64,000 bases of DNA from Paraspadella gotoi (Eukaryota > Animalia > Chaetognatha). Positions 45,105-56,144 of this stretch are shown here, piece by piece. Each line of letters starts with the position of its first letter. Positions within the stretch are counted from its first letter, which is position 1. The position numbers and the translations under genes were made by a program. The DNA is taken from contig CM119267.1 of NCBI GenBank assembly GCA_051294375.1, forward strand, positions 14,625,694 to 14,689,693, in the 5' to 3' direction. The notes below the pieces were generated by a model. That model made no database searches and was not told the origin of the DNA. It saw only the letters and a program-made list of their open reading frames with translations.

Positions 45105-48044
45105 ATGGATCCTAATCGACGTTTCCTTCACCCCCTCTACCATCAAACCGCTCCCGTTGCTGCGCGGCCGATATTCTACTCCGCCTCCCCGTTCCGCGCG
45201 CCCGAACCCGTGGTCCGCCTAGTTCAGCCAACCATGGCGACTCCCATGCATCGCCCTCAGTCTGCTGCCATGCCATGCGTCTTTCAGACTAACTCCGTGC
45301 CGTTTCAAGCCGCAGTTCAGCGCACCCCCGCGGCGGCTGCTGCGGCCGCCGCCGCTCTTTATATGCGCAGTGGCCCTCACCCATCGCAGATTCCAAACTC
45401 TCACCCCGTTCCGGTCACCATGGCAGCCGTACAGACGTTGACTCGTCTCACAACCCATGTATCGGTGCAGGCCGCCGCACGCCATCTGGTTCCCCCTCAG
45501 CCGAATGCGGGTGTTCGATGCGTCATGTTGCCGCTGGGCGGACAGCGGTCGCCGGCTAATCCGCTGCAATTTTCTGCTCAGCAATTGGCCGGAGTTGGGC
45601 TTCAGAGACCGGTTTTTCAGACGGCGCAGACTCTCTTGGCGGGACCTCCGGTTCATTGTCAGGTGGCACAGGCGGCGCCTGGCATCGCCTCTTTCCGTCC
45701 CGGACCCATCATCGTCCGTCGCGTTGCTTCCGCCTCTGCGTCAACATCCCCGACACCAAAGATCGTTGAGATTACGGAAGAATCGCCGCCGCGTATCGTG
45801 GAGGGGATGGACGTCGTCCGCGCCCGGCCACTCGACGCTGACCTAAAAAGCGGCAGCGTTGACGCCCTCGCCACTTTAGGAACATCTGACGATGGGGGCC
45901 CTGCATTACTCGCTATTCCTCGGTCCCGAAGTCAATCAGCCCCAGTTGTTCTTGATGCTTCAGTCGACGGCGCGGCGGCTTCTGTGATAGCGCCGTCTGC
46001 TATCGAGTCGACGCCCGCTCTCATCTCACCACAATCTGTTACTACGGCGTCTGCTACAACCACCTTAACATCGACGCTACCAACTCCTTTGATTATTGGC
46101 TCCGGAGAAACGGTTTTTACGTCTTCTAGCGAAAAATTTGATCCCAATTCTCTCTACTTAGAGAAAGAGGCCCGAGCTGAAAGCGGCGGTCTCAAGGAGA
46201 CAATTACTGACCTCGCCTTGCAACCCCAATTACCTCAGTCGTCGTCGTCCACACCAGAATCCGGCTGCACTCCGATGGATGACAAATTGCAAGACAGCGG
46301 TTTGGAATTGGCTTCGAGTGCGCCCGAATCGCACGACTCAAACGATGATCTTTCCGCTCAAATTTTTCACGAAGACAAAGAGGAACTGAAAACTCTGGGT
46401 TCGAGTGTAGCCATGACTGACATTGCAGAAGTCGGAATTTCAAAGGACAGCGAACGACCGCCTAGTGATTCGACGCGACGGAAAGCAGGAGATGTTTCTT
46501 GCTCATTTTCAGAAAACGAATCTATCAGTTTCATTACTTTATCAAGTCATAGAAGCGATAATAATCCAAAATCTTTTGATCACTTAACGGTGGACAATGG
46601 CACGCTATTGCCCCTCAGTTATGTTGCTAGCGGAACCCCCGTTGAAGATGACCCCGGGATAAATAACTTTTCCGCGCCTACAAGCGACCATGTTCTACCG
46701 GTTTACGTAGTTAACACAGTATCACCTACAGCACCATCTTACGTGGCCGGAGAAGCTAATACAGGGCCTCACTTTTGTCTTCAGTGTAGTCAAATCGCCT
46801 CAAGTACTTGCCAAAAGCATCTTCAGTTCATAGTTAAACCATCTAGCATTACGTCGCAGCACATCCGGGACACTGTCGTACCTTCCCAAGCCAGATTATC
46901 GATACCGCAGTGTTTAGAGATAAAGATCGTCACGAGAATGGTACAATCTACTCTTTTCACGCTCAACGATTCGAGGGAAGGAGTTTGGGTGCGTAACGGC
47001 GAGGAAACCATTCCCGCCGGCACTCTTTTTGGACCTTTAAAGGGAGAGTTAAGGTCCGTCAAGATCACAGATAAAAAAAACATTTTATCGAGTGGTTTGA
47101 TGTGGAAGATCAGTTCGGACGGCGATCACTATACCTTTTTTGATTGCTCCGATGAGCAAAAGAGTAATTGGATGCGCTTCGTCAAAAAGTTTGAAGGTGA
47201 CGAGACTGAAGGAAGCAACTTGACTGCTCTGCTTCACGATAGCAAAATATTTTTTGTAGCGTCTCAACCACTTCGGCCCGGAGAAGAGCTGTGTTTCTGG
47301 TTCGCCAAAGACTATTTGGCCATTCTCGATCACGAGAGGAGCAGCAAACCGCCGTCTTTAAAAGATAACGAAGAAGGGATGGTTTCTTCGGATATACTCG
47401 ATACCAAATCGGTCAAGAAAAACGAAAACATGCACTCTGTTCTGGGGTGTTACATCTGTAAACGGTCCTTTGGTACGAAGGAACTACTTTTGGAACATAT
47501 TGGAGTAGATCATCCCCAGGAAGTTATGATTGGTGAGGGTGAACTGGTGTGTCCGATATGTCGAAAAACCTTTTCTAAACTGTCTGTTTTAAACAAGCAT
47601 AAAAGATATCATATGGTGAGCAAGAAGTACAAGTGTCATACGTGCAATATTTGCTTTAAACAAAAATCCCATTTAGCTAATCATTTGATTATGCATACGA
47701 AAGAAAAACGTTTTTTATGTAGAAAATGCTCAGCTTTTTTTGGACGTGTATCAGACCTAAGAAGTCACGTCAAGTACGTCCACAATAATGACAAAAACTT
47801 TTCATGTAGATTCTGTTTTAAAAATTTCAAGACCTTAAAAACTTTGAACCAGCATATAGCTAAACATTTGTCACGATTTTGTTGCGGTCAATGTAACAAG
47901 AGCTTTTCAAGTAATTATCATTTAAAACGACATCAAATGTTTAGTTCATGTTTGAGTAAAGTAATGGTGCGAATGAACAATCCAAATAAATGTTTTGTTG
48001 AGCCGATTGCGCCGAAAACGAATAAGTCAGGGAATCAGATTTAG
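45105..48044 (+). CDS. PR/SET-domain zinc-finger protein (zinc knuckle + PR + ~6 C2H2; PRDM4/10/15-like), intronless
   Basis: Knuckle FCLQC...CQKH, DTVVPSQARLSIP, GTLFGP, SNWMRFV, GEELCFWF and tandem C2H2 fingers. Confidence 0.88.
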   Translation: MDPNRRFLHPLYHQTAPVAARPIFYSASPFRAPEPVVRLVQPTMATPMHRPQSAAMPCVFQTNSVPFQAAVQRTPAAAAAAAAALYMRSGPHPSQIPNSHPVPVTMAAVQTLTRLTTHVSVQAAARHLVPPQPNAGVRCVMLPLGGQRSPANPLQFSAQQLAGVGLQRPVFQTAQTLLAGPPVHCQVAQAAPGIASFRPGPIIVRRVASASASTSPTPKIVEITEESPPRIVEGMDVVRARPLDADLKSGSVDALATLGTSDDGGPALLAIPRSRSQSAPVVLDASVDGAAASVIAPSAIESTPALISPQSVTTASATTTLTSTLPTPLIIGSGETVFTSSSEKFDPNSLYLEKEARAESGGLKETITDLALQPQLPQSSSSTPESGCTPMDDKLQDSGLELASSAPESHDSNDDLSAQIFHEDKEELKTLGSSVAMTDIAEVGISKDSERPPSDSTRRKAGDVSCSFSENESISFITLSSHRSDNNPKSFDHLTVDNGTLLPLSYVASGTPVEDDPGINNFSAPTSDHVLPVYVVNTVSPTAPSYVAGEANTGPHFCLQCSQIASSTCQKHLQFIVKPSSITSQHIRDTVVPSQARLSIPQCLEIKIVTRMVQSTLFTLNDSREGVWVRNGEETIPAGTLFGPLKGELRSVKITDKKNILSSGLMWKISSDGDHYTFFDCSDEQKSNWMRFVKKFEGDETEGSNLTALLHDSKIFFVASQPLRPGEELCFWFAKDYLAILDHERSSKPPSLKDNEEGMVSSDILDTKSVKKNENMHSVLGCYICKRSFGTKELLLEHIGVDHPQEVMIGEGELVCPICRKTFSKLSVLNKHKRYHMVSKKYKCHTCNICFKQKSHLANHLIMHTKEKRFLCRKCSAFFGRVSDLRSHVKYVHNNDKNFSCRFCFKNFKTLKTLNQHIAKHLSRFCCGQCNKSFSSNYHLKRHQMFSSCLSKVMVRMNNPNKCFVEPIAPKTNKSGNQI

Positions 48045-48257
48045 TTTTGCATTCTCATAAAAAAAATAAATAAATAAAAAAAAGAGAATAATTTTGATCT
48101 GGGACTTATTGGAATGTTTGTTTAAAAAGGGTACACCTTAAAAGCGAAAGTTTATACCCTTTTATGTAAAAAATATACTATTAGAACTGAACTTATTAAA
48201 ATTATTATTTTAACCAGCAATACTAAAATATTAAATATTTGGTCGATTTTTAGTCGA

Positions 48258-48815
48258 TTTTTAGTCGGATCTGCTTATCGTAGATTCCGACTTTATAATT
48301 CACTTTGTTTGTCCGCCGGTCCTCCCCCCCAAATCGGTCGGTAAAACATCGAATTATGATAAATTATGCTAAAAGAATTATGTCCGTCCGTCCGTCCGTC
48401 CGTCTGTCTGTCCCGTCCCCCCTTAGCATTAAACTCCTATTACTCGTTTTATAAAGAAATTTATGAATCGTTATGTTAAAATTTGTTTAAAATGTTTGAT
48501 GATTACAAATTGAAAGAATCATCATGACTTATCTGATTAGCTGCTTTCCACAAAATCTTTTCACTTACATAACTCATAATTATTTTAATTAATAATAATT
48601 GGATGGATGGATTAAATTAAATTTTGTGTGTGGGTAGGAAAGTGTGTGATTTTGCTGGATATTAAGTTAATCAGTTAATCAATTAGTTATTTAATTAATT
48701 AATTTATCAATCTATTAATCATTGTTGGTGTTTTCGTCGTAATTAATTATCTAAATAAATATATTAATTACCACTAAAGAACGTGGGCAGATCCGGCATT
48801 GTTTGTTCAAATTTG
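48258..48815 (+). mobile_element. DINE-1/HINE-like non-autonomous element
   Basis: 5' TTTTTAGTCGGATCTGC with an inverted partner (AGATTCCGAC), a (GTCC)n/(GTCT)n microsatellite at ~48382-48415 and a distal inverted GCAGATCCGGC. A related end lies at ~58035-58056. Confidence 0.65.
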
Positions 48816-49398
48816 TTATATAGACATGCTTAAAATAATGGGTTGCTGTCATAAAAATTAAAAACTTTAATACGTAAATTTTAAAGGTGAATTTTTGTTT
48901 TGTCCTACTTACATATTAGTATTTTACATTTTTTATTGTAATTTATCCGTGCTATGAGCTTTTTAATTTATTTTAGCTTCTTTATATAAATACGGTTTTC
49001 TTTTTAGTATTCTTTTTATTTTTATTGTTATTCTAATTAGTTTTAGCCTTCTACGATAACCCACTCGCACTCGGGTTAAATACCTGTTTAAGGATATTAA
49101 TCAAATTGTTTTTGCTCATAGGACAAAATCAGTATCGACTATCGAGCTTAGTATCTTTATTACGGAATTCCTGATGTATTTATATCACATACTCTATATC
49201 CATTATAACTGTTCTAAAAGCGTTTTTTCGATAAATTCCTTGGCGCAAGTATTTGAAGTCTTAATGGTCTGTAATTTATAACGCTCAGTGATTCGTTCAC
49301 CTATCAGTCCTCTTGTTTTATGATTTTTTCTTATTGATCACCTAAAAGAAATCAAATAATTTTTCCCAATTTTAGATGCTATTTTAAAAATCTATGTC

Positions 49399-50643
49399 AT
49401 GGCAGAAGATCCCGAATTAGAGGATCTTCTTGGGTCAGTAGACCCTCCCACAAGCCAAACTAGCAAGGACGATCCGGAATTGACTCAACTTTTGGACAGT
49501 GCACTCAAAGAGTTTCCTTCTATTCCACATCGAGATGTCCTATCTCCCGATAGAGAACTTGGCGCGACCTCCGTGACCGAAAATTTCACTGATTCCAAGA
49601 TCCCGGAAGAACAGTCGTCTGACTTTTCTTATCTTAACGAACTCTTAACAGGTTCGCCTTCTTTATCGACTCGTCGAAAGAAAAAAAAATATTACGCGTT
49701 TCCCCTTTTTAAACAAATTAGGATTCGCTAATTATAATCAAAGGGGAGAGAGGCCTGACGAAAACGAATCGGAACCACTGGAGATGGATTATTTAAAAAA
49801 TCTTCTCCAAGAAGATCCAGAAATGATGGGCCAGTTCGAGCAGTTAGCCCAGTAAGTCTGAACTCATGTTTTTTAAACATTTAAATTTGCTAACGCTTCA
49901 GTTTTTGCTGCACGTACATTTGTTTTTAGAGCCGCTTGCAAAGTGGACGAGAGTGAAACGTCTCAACAAGAATTTTCCAATTCTTTGACATCAACGTTGA
50001 CTGCTTTAACGCAGAACATGGAATCTTTACAAGGCCAGTTATCCGAAGAGGAAATGATGGCTGCATTATCGGGGTTGAACTTAGCAGATCAGCCTCCCTT
50101 GGATGGTAAGAAACGTAAATAAAATAATTGTTTTAGTTTCATAGAAAATTAGCATTTCAAAAAATGTTTTCAGCCGGAGAATTGAGAGATGACATTAGTC
50201 TTGATGGCGACGACGATCCTAACGCCCAAACGGATTCCTCCGTCCCTAATGGACCCAGTCCTGCATTTCTTCCTATGCTCGGTGGGATGATGAGGAGTAT
50301 ATTGAGCAAGGAAGTCTTGTACCCTTCCTTGCTAGAGATCGCGAATATATATCCCGCTTGGCTCGAGGAAAACCGAGAGAAACTTCCCGACGAAGACTTC
50401 GTCCGGTTCGAAAAACAATACATCGTCATCTCTCAGGTTTGCCGAGATTTCGAGGAAGAGACCGAGTCGAGTGGCGAGGAGGAGAAGCAGACTCGTTTCG
50501 AGAGAGTATTGATTCATATGCAAAAGATGCATGAACTTGGACAACCACCCAAGGAGCTTTTGCTGAAGTTGGACCCATCAATGGAGGCATATCCCGGAAA
50601 CGTGCCCATGATGCCAAGAGCGGACCAGTGTAATTTAATGTAG
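49399..50643 (+). CDS. PEX19: peroxisomal biogenesis factor 19; exons 49399-49651, 49722-49851, 49930-50105, 50174-50643
   Basis: DPELTQLLDSALKEF, MMRSILSKEVLYPSL, YPAWL, MHELGQPPKEL and a C-terminal CaaX box CNLM. Confidence 0.93.
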
Positions 50644-50870
50644 CGTTTTTTAAACTTTGACATTTTATGCTTAAAATGGTTAATTTTGCTTCATTAATTT
50701 ATACGGAATTGTTTTTTTTACTAGTCATAATCAACTTAGAAACAATCAAGTCAACATTTTTAACATGCCAATAAGTCTATAAGGCAAACCAAAAAATAAA
50801 AAGTAAAAAGAAAACAAAAACAAAAAACCAAACAAAAAAATAAACAAGGTCTAAAAAATCTATACTAATC

Positions 50871-53800
50871 ATGGCGGATTACTTGAACTCTTCGGTTCAG
50901 AATGACATGGCTTCACTGTTGCCCAACGGACTCATCTCAGACGAGGATTGGATCACGACGACAACAATGAACCACCGTGTTCCGGAGTTCGTTCCATCGT
51001 CATTTTCCCCTGCCCATAATGCTTCCCATAACTCTATCCACACTTCTGCCCAGGGTGCCGTCCACAATCCTGTCCACAATGCAGGTGTCAATGCCGACCC
51101 GGTATTTTCTTCGGCAATGATGGGAATGAACGACATGATGAACGGTTTCCAGGGCATGTCGTTGGACGGTAACATGGGTGGTGGAATGCATTCGCACGTA
51201 GGCGCTGGGAGTATGGACGGTTCAATGGTTCACATGGCGAATCATCATATGGGAGGGCACTTGGGTACTCATATGGGTGGCCAGATGGGCATTCAGATGG
51301 GGAACCAAATGGGTGCTCATCATATGGGTGGACAAATGGGTAGCCACATAGGCAGTCAAATGGGTAGCCACATGGGCAGTCAAATGGGAAGCCACATGGG
51401 CGGGCAGATGAATAGTCAGATGAGCGGGCAGATGAATACCCAGCTGGGCGGGCAGATTGGGGCTCAAATGGGTGGTCAAATGGGTTCACAATTGAATCAA
51501 CCAACATCTGTAGCCGCCCCCGTCTCCAACAACTACATGGAAGTAAACACCATTATGGCTGATGGTGGACACAAATACGGGGTGACGTCACTCGCCTTCG
51601 ACCATTTTGAGGAGTTACTTTGGATGGGAAACGGGGGCGGCCACGTCACGTCATACTTTGGCGCGGGCCTACAAAAGTACACGTCTTTTCAAATTGCCTC
51701 CACGGCGGAGGAGATACTTCACATCCTGCCGACAGACAACAGCGTGTTGGCGTTGACTCGGGACAGTCTTATCGCCCGGCAACGTACTGGCATGCCAATT
51801 TATGTTTTTAAAAGCGAGCATTTGACCCAAGCGCAATCAATGTTGCAGATGGATCCTACGGTACCCAATGTGATCATTTCCGGTCAACAGCCGAACATAG
51901 TTGAACTCGATTTTACCACAAAACAAGAAATTCGGGCGATCCGCCTCGACGACGAAAACGGTCGCGTTGTTCTTCGTCGCTCTCAAAAGTATCTGATGGC
52001 TGGGGACGCGAGCGGCCGCGTGACGATGCACGACCCGAGAACCTTACGGCAGGAGCACGTCATCGATGTGCATTCTGGAGCTCTATCGGATTTGGACGTG
52101 CATGGCACAACGCTTGCCACGGTGGGCTTTTCCACTCGCGGCCCATCTGGTACTCTTTTTGGTGAAAGGTTCATAAAGGTCTACGACATTCGATTCATGC
52201 GCAGTACTTCGCCCATTCAAATACATATAGCCCCATTGTTTCTTCGTTGTCTGCCGCTTTTCTCTGCCGCCAACTTTCTCGTACTGTCACAGCACGGTCA
52301 GTTTCAGATAGTCGAGCCCTCGGGTCTCGCCGGCTCCTTCCAAGTCAGCAACGCCGGTACCATCGGCATGTCTATGATGTGTCTCGACGTTTCCAGTAAC
52401 TACTCGTGTTTAGCCATGGGCGATTCCATGGGGCTGGTTCATCTGTTCACTAATTCCGGCAACATGATAGATCCAACCCCCTTTAATGTTTATTCGCGGC
52501 CGACTACTTTTGCGGACCCAATGGAAACTTATCCGCCAATTCCGTTTACCGACATTATGTCTCCACTATCCATGATTCCCAATCCCATTACAAATGGCAA
52601 ACTGGTCTCTGATTGGCCCTCTTTTACCACCAAAAAGGTGTATCGCGTCCCAGAACCTACTCATCCAGAATTGATGGAAAACATGAAGATGGTTCAAGGA
52701 ATAGGTTATGCTGCTCGCCCACCATGGATGAGACGGAACATGAACATGCATCAGCCTCGAAACGGAGAAGTTGTTCCCAGAAAGGGCGGAGCTCGACCAA
52801 ACCATTCCACCAGCATCTCCCCACAGGAACGTTCTAGTCCCTACGCATCAAGCGCCAGCGGAAGTCAGATCGTTACTATCCCCAAGAAGTATCAAAAAGT
52901 TGAATTAAAGTATTCCAAGATTGGCCTAGAAGACTTCGACTTTCGATTGTATAACCGCACTTCTTTCGCTGGTTTGGAAACGGACATTCCTAATTCTTAC
53001 TGCAACTCCATGTTGCAAGTTCTTTTCTATCTGGAACCGCTCCGATGTTACCTTTTGCAGCACCTGTGCAATCGCGAATTCTGTCTATCTTGCGAGTTAA
53101 GCTTTCTGTTTCATATGTTGGATAACACTAAAGGCAATACCTGCCAGGCCACCAACTTTCTCCGAGCTTTTCGTACTATTCCAGAGGCTTCAGCACTTAG
53201 CCTAATCTTAGCCGATGCTGACGAAGAGACAGGAAAAGCCAATCTTCCTGGTCTAATTCAATCGTGGAACCGATTTATTCTTCAACAGATCTACTCTGAA
53301 ACTACGACGCCTCCTCCGGCGCCTCCGCCAGTAGCTGACGCAGAGTATCCTTTTAGAATGCCTGAAATTAAAGAAAGTTCCCCAGAGGTTCGGTCTGACC
53401 ACGACGTTGTGAACGATATCTCCCGCTTGTTTTCAATGAGAACTATTAACATCTTCACCTGTCGCGAAGGGTGTCGCGTTACCAAAGAGACGTCGACCAT
53501 GGTGACATCTCTTTCTTATCCCGACTGTTATCCGGACGGAGAAAGCGCTCCTCCTAAGCAAATCCCTTTCATCGAAGTCGTGAAGCACAGCCTAGATTAC
53601 ACCCACCACGTCACGGCATTTTGCGAAAAATGCAGCAAATATATGTCTACAACGCAGCAGAGAAAACCCATTACTATTCCAGATAACCTGACTCTTAATT
53701 GTCAAGTGGTTACCGGGAAAGACCTGCAGTTTTGGAAAGCACAAATTGAGCTTCTCAATGGACCGGAAGAGGAGAACGAAGCGGAGAAATATGTGACCGA

Positions 53801-55864
53801 CCCAAATGTCCCCGCTTGTCGATTCGGCGCTCGATGCAAAAGGGGCGACTGTAGGTGAGATTTTAAAGTGTATACGTTAATATGAAAGTCTCATTCAAAT
53901 TTTAATTGAAACAGCGGAGAAGTAAGTTGTAGTGAATATTTTTCATACTTGTGTAATCACGTGACGACATAGGAATGCAGTCATTTGATCGGAGAGGCAA
54001 TGCGTCTTATTCCCTTTTAATTCAAATGAAAGTCTCTGGATCAAAAATTTTATTTAAGATATATTACATACTATATATTTATAGTAATTTGCCTATAAAA
54101 TTGTCAATTTTCCAAATGGCTTGTTCGATATCTTCGGTTATGTTAACAAAATTTTATCATTTACTTATAGAAAGCCATCAAAATAAATCACTCAATCTTT
54201 TTATCTCTAAGTGATAAACCATAAGAGGCTTGTTGTGTATAGAGGACAAGAGACTTGTATTCTCGTGATCATCTGGAAAGATAATCTCTGCGGCAGAACT
54301 CCTTAAACTTTTCGGTTCTTGTTTTAAAGGTATCGTCACGACACTGGGCCCGACAGATCATCGGGAGAATCTAAACCGAAAGTCGCTTACATTCCCACCG
54401 AGTTTAAGATCCGTATCCACCCACGCACGAAGGAATTGCAGATCAAGCCGCTCTCGCCTGCGGACAGCAAAATCGAGGCTGCCGAAGATCGAGAAGAAAT
54501 AATTAAGGATGCAGAGCGCGGAGGCGGCGGTGACAACGGCGATGACACCGATTTCGCCCCTTGGCCGCAGGGCGGCGGATGGCAAGTCTATCAATTGGGC
54601 GGCAACATCATGCACATCCACGAGAACAGTCCGTTAAAACCCGGTGGAAGTCTCGTCGCCCATATCTTTGTCGGGGAAAAAGCTCACAAACGCAAAGAGG
54701 GCATCACCTCGACCCAGTGGTACGTCTTCAACGACTTCTCCATCGAGCCCATCGAAGAGCACGAGGGCCGCGTCGTCGATCTCAACTTCATGACGCCCAC
54801 CTGCATCTTTTATCGACGAAAGAACATGGAGAAGTCTTACGATCTGCAGCCAAACTACGAATCCATTATCACCTCTGACGTGCTCACGGAGACCGGCATC
54901 ACTTCGGCTCCCTATCTCCAGAAGCGACGCCTTCACGTCACTTTCACGCCGCTGGGGCCCGAAGAGGTTGTGTCCCCTGGTTATCTCGTCGGCCTCGATG
55001 CCGAATTCGTCACCCTGAATCAGGAAGAGTCGGAGATCCGGTCGGACGGGACGCGTTCCACGCTCAAACCGTCACAGATGACTTGCGCGCGTATCACTTG
55101 CATCCGGGGCCAAGGACCGTTGGAGGGAGTGCCGTTCATCGACGACTATATTTCTACTCAGGAGCAAGTAAGAATAGGAATCAAAATGGCGCTTTAATTT
55201 AAAAGTTTTTAGGTATAAAAGTTGCCTTTTACCTCTCAAGGATTAATTTGTCTTTTACGCGTTGCAACCATTGCATTGCAAAAACAACATTTATTAAAAA
55301 AAGAATCAATAATGACATTGTCTTCCGTTACGTTCGAAGGTCGTTGATTACCTGACGGAGTTTTCCGGCATCAAACCTGGTGATCTCGACGCGAATATCT
55401 CTTGCAAGCACTTGACTACATTGAAGTCGAGTTACCTCAAGCTGCGTTACCTTATCTCTCGCGGCGTAACTTTCGTTGGCCATGGGTTAAAGAAGGACTT
55501 TCGCGTGATCAACCTTGTTGTTCCTAAAAAGCAAGTCTTCGACACGGTCACCCTTTTCCATCTGCCCAAACAGAGGATGATTTCGTTGAAGTTTTTGGCC
55601 TGGTATTTGTTAGCAACTAACATCCAAGAAGACACTCACGATTCCATCGAAGACGCCAGGTTACTGCCGTATAGGGTTAGGCTTGTTTTTTTTTATTTTA
55701 ACGCAAAATTTGTATTTTTCTTTTCTGTTTTCAGAACCGCTTTAAAGTTGTACCGAAAGTACAAGGCGCTGAGCGAAGATCAGATCGGGTTCCAAGACGT
55801 TCTTAAAAATCTGTATGAAGAAGGAAGGAAATATGGCTGGAAAGTGCCATCTGCCCACCAGTAA
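50871..55864 (+). CDS. PAN2: PAN2 poly(A) deadenylase catalytic subunit; exons 50871-53854, 54330-55167, 55340-55659, 55735-55864
   Basis: WD40 ([16 protein letters not shown]), [20 protein letters not shown] pseudo-UCH and DEDD nuclease motifs ([28 protein letters not shown]). Confidence 0.95.
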
Positions 55865-56144
55865 ATCTAGATCATTTTCAAAAACATTAACCCTTTGTAC
55901 AACCATGTATTGTCCCTACGTTTTTCTCTCTCAACATATATATATATATACATATATTATATCTGTACATGTACATCTATATCATTTACTGTACCATTTT
56001 TTCGGTATCGAATGAAATTTTATTGTTGGAATTCATCTTTATTGTATGTTGACTTTGTTTTTATAGAAACGCTAATGAATAGAGTTTATCAACCGGTTCT
56101 ACAGTTATGCCTTAATTCCCACATTAAATATAAACGGACAAACA

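Noticed and set aside
1071-54936. Many long minus-strand ORFs (e.g. 1071-1730, 8554-9279, 10025-10708, 15018-15719, 37980-38498)
   Set aside because: They are antisense shadows of GC-rich + strand exons and carry no recognisable motifs.
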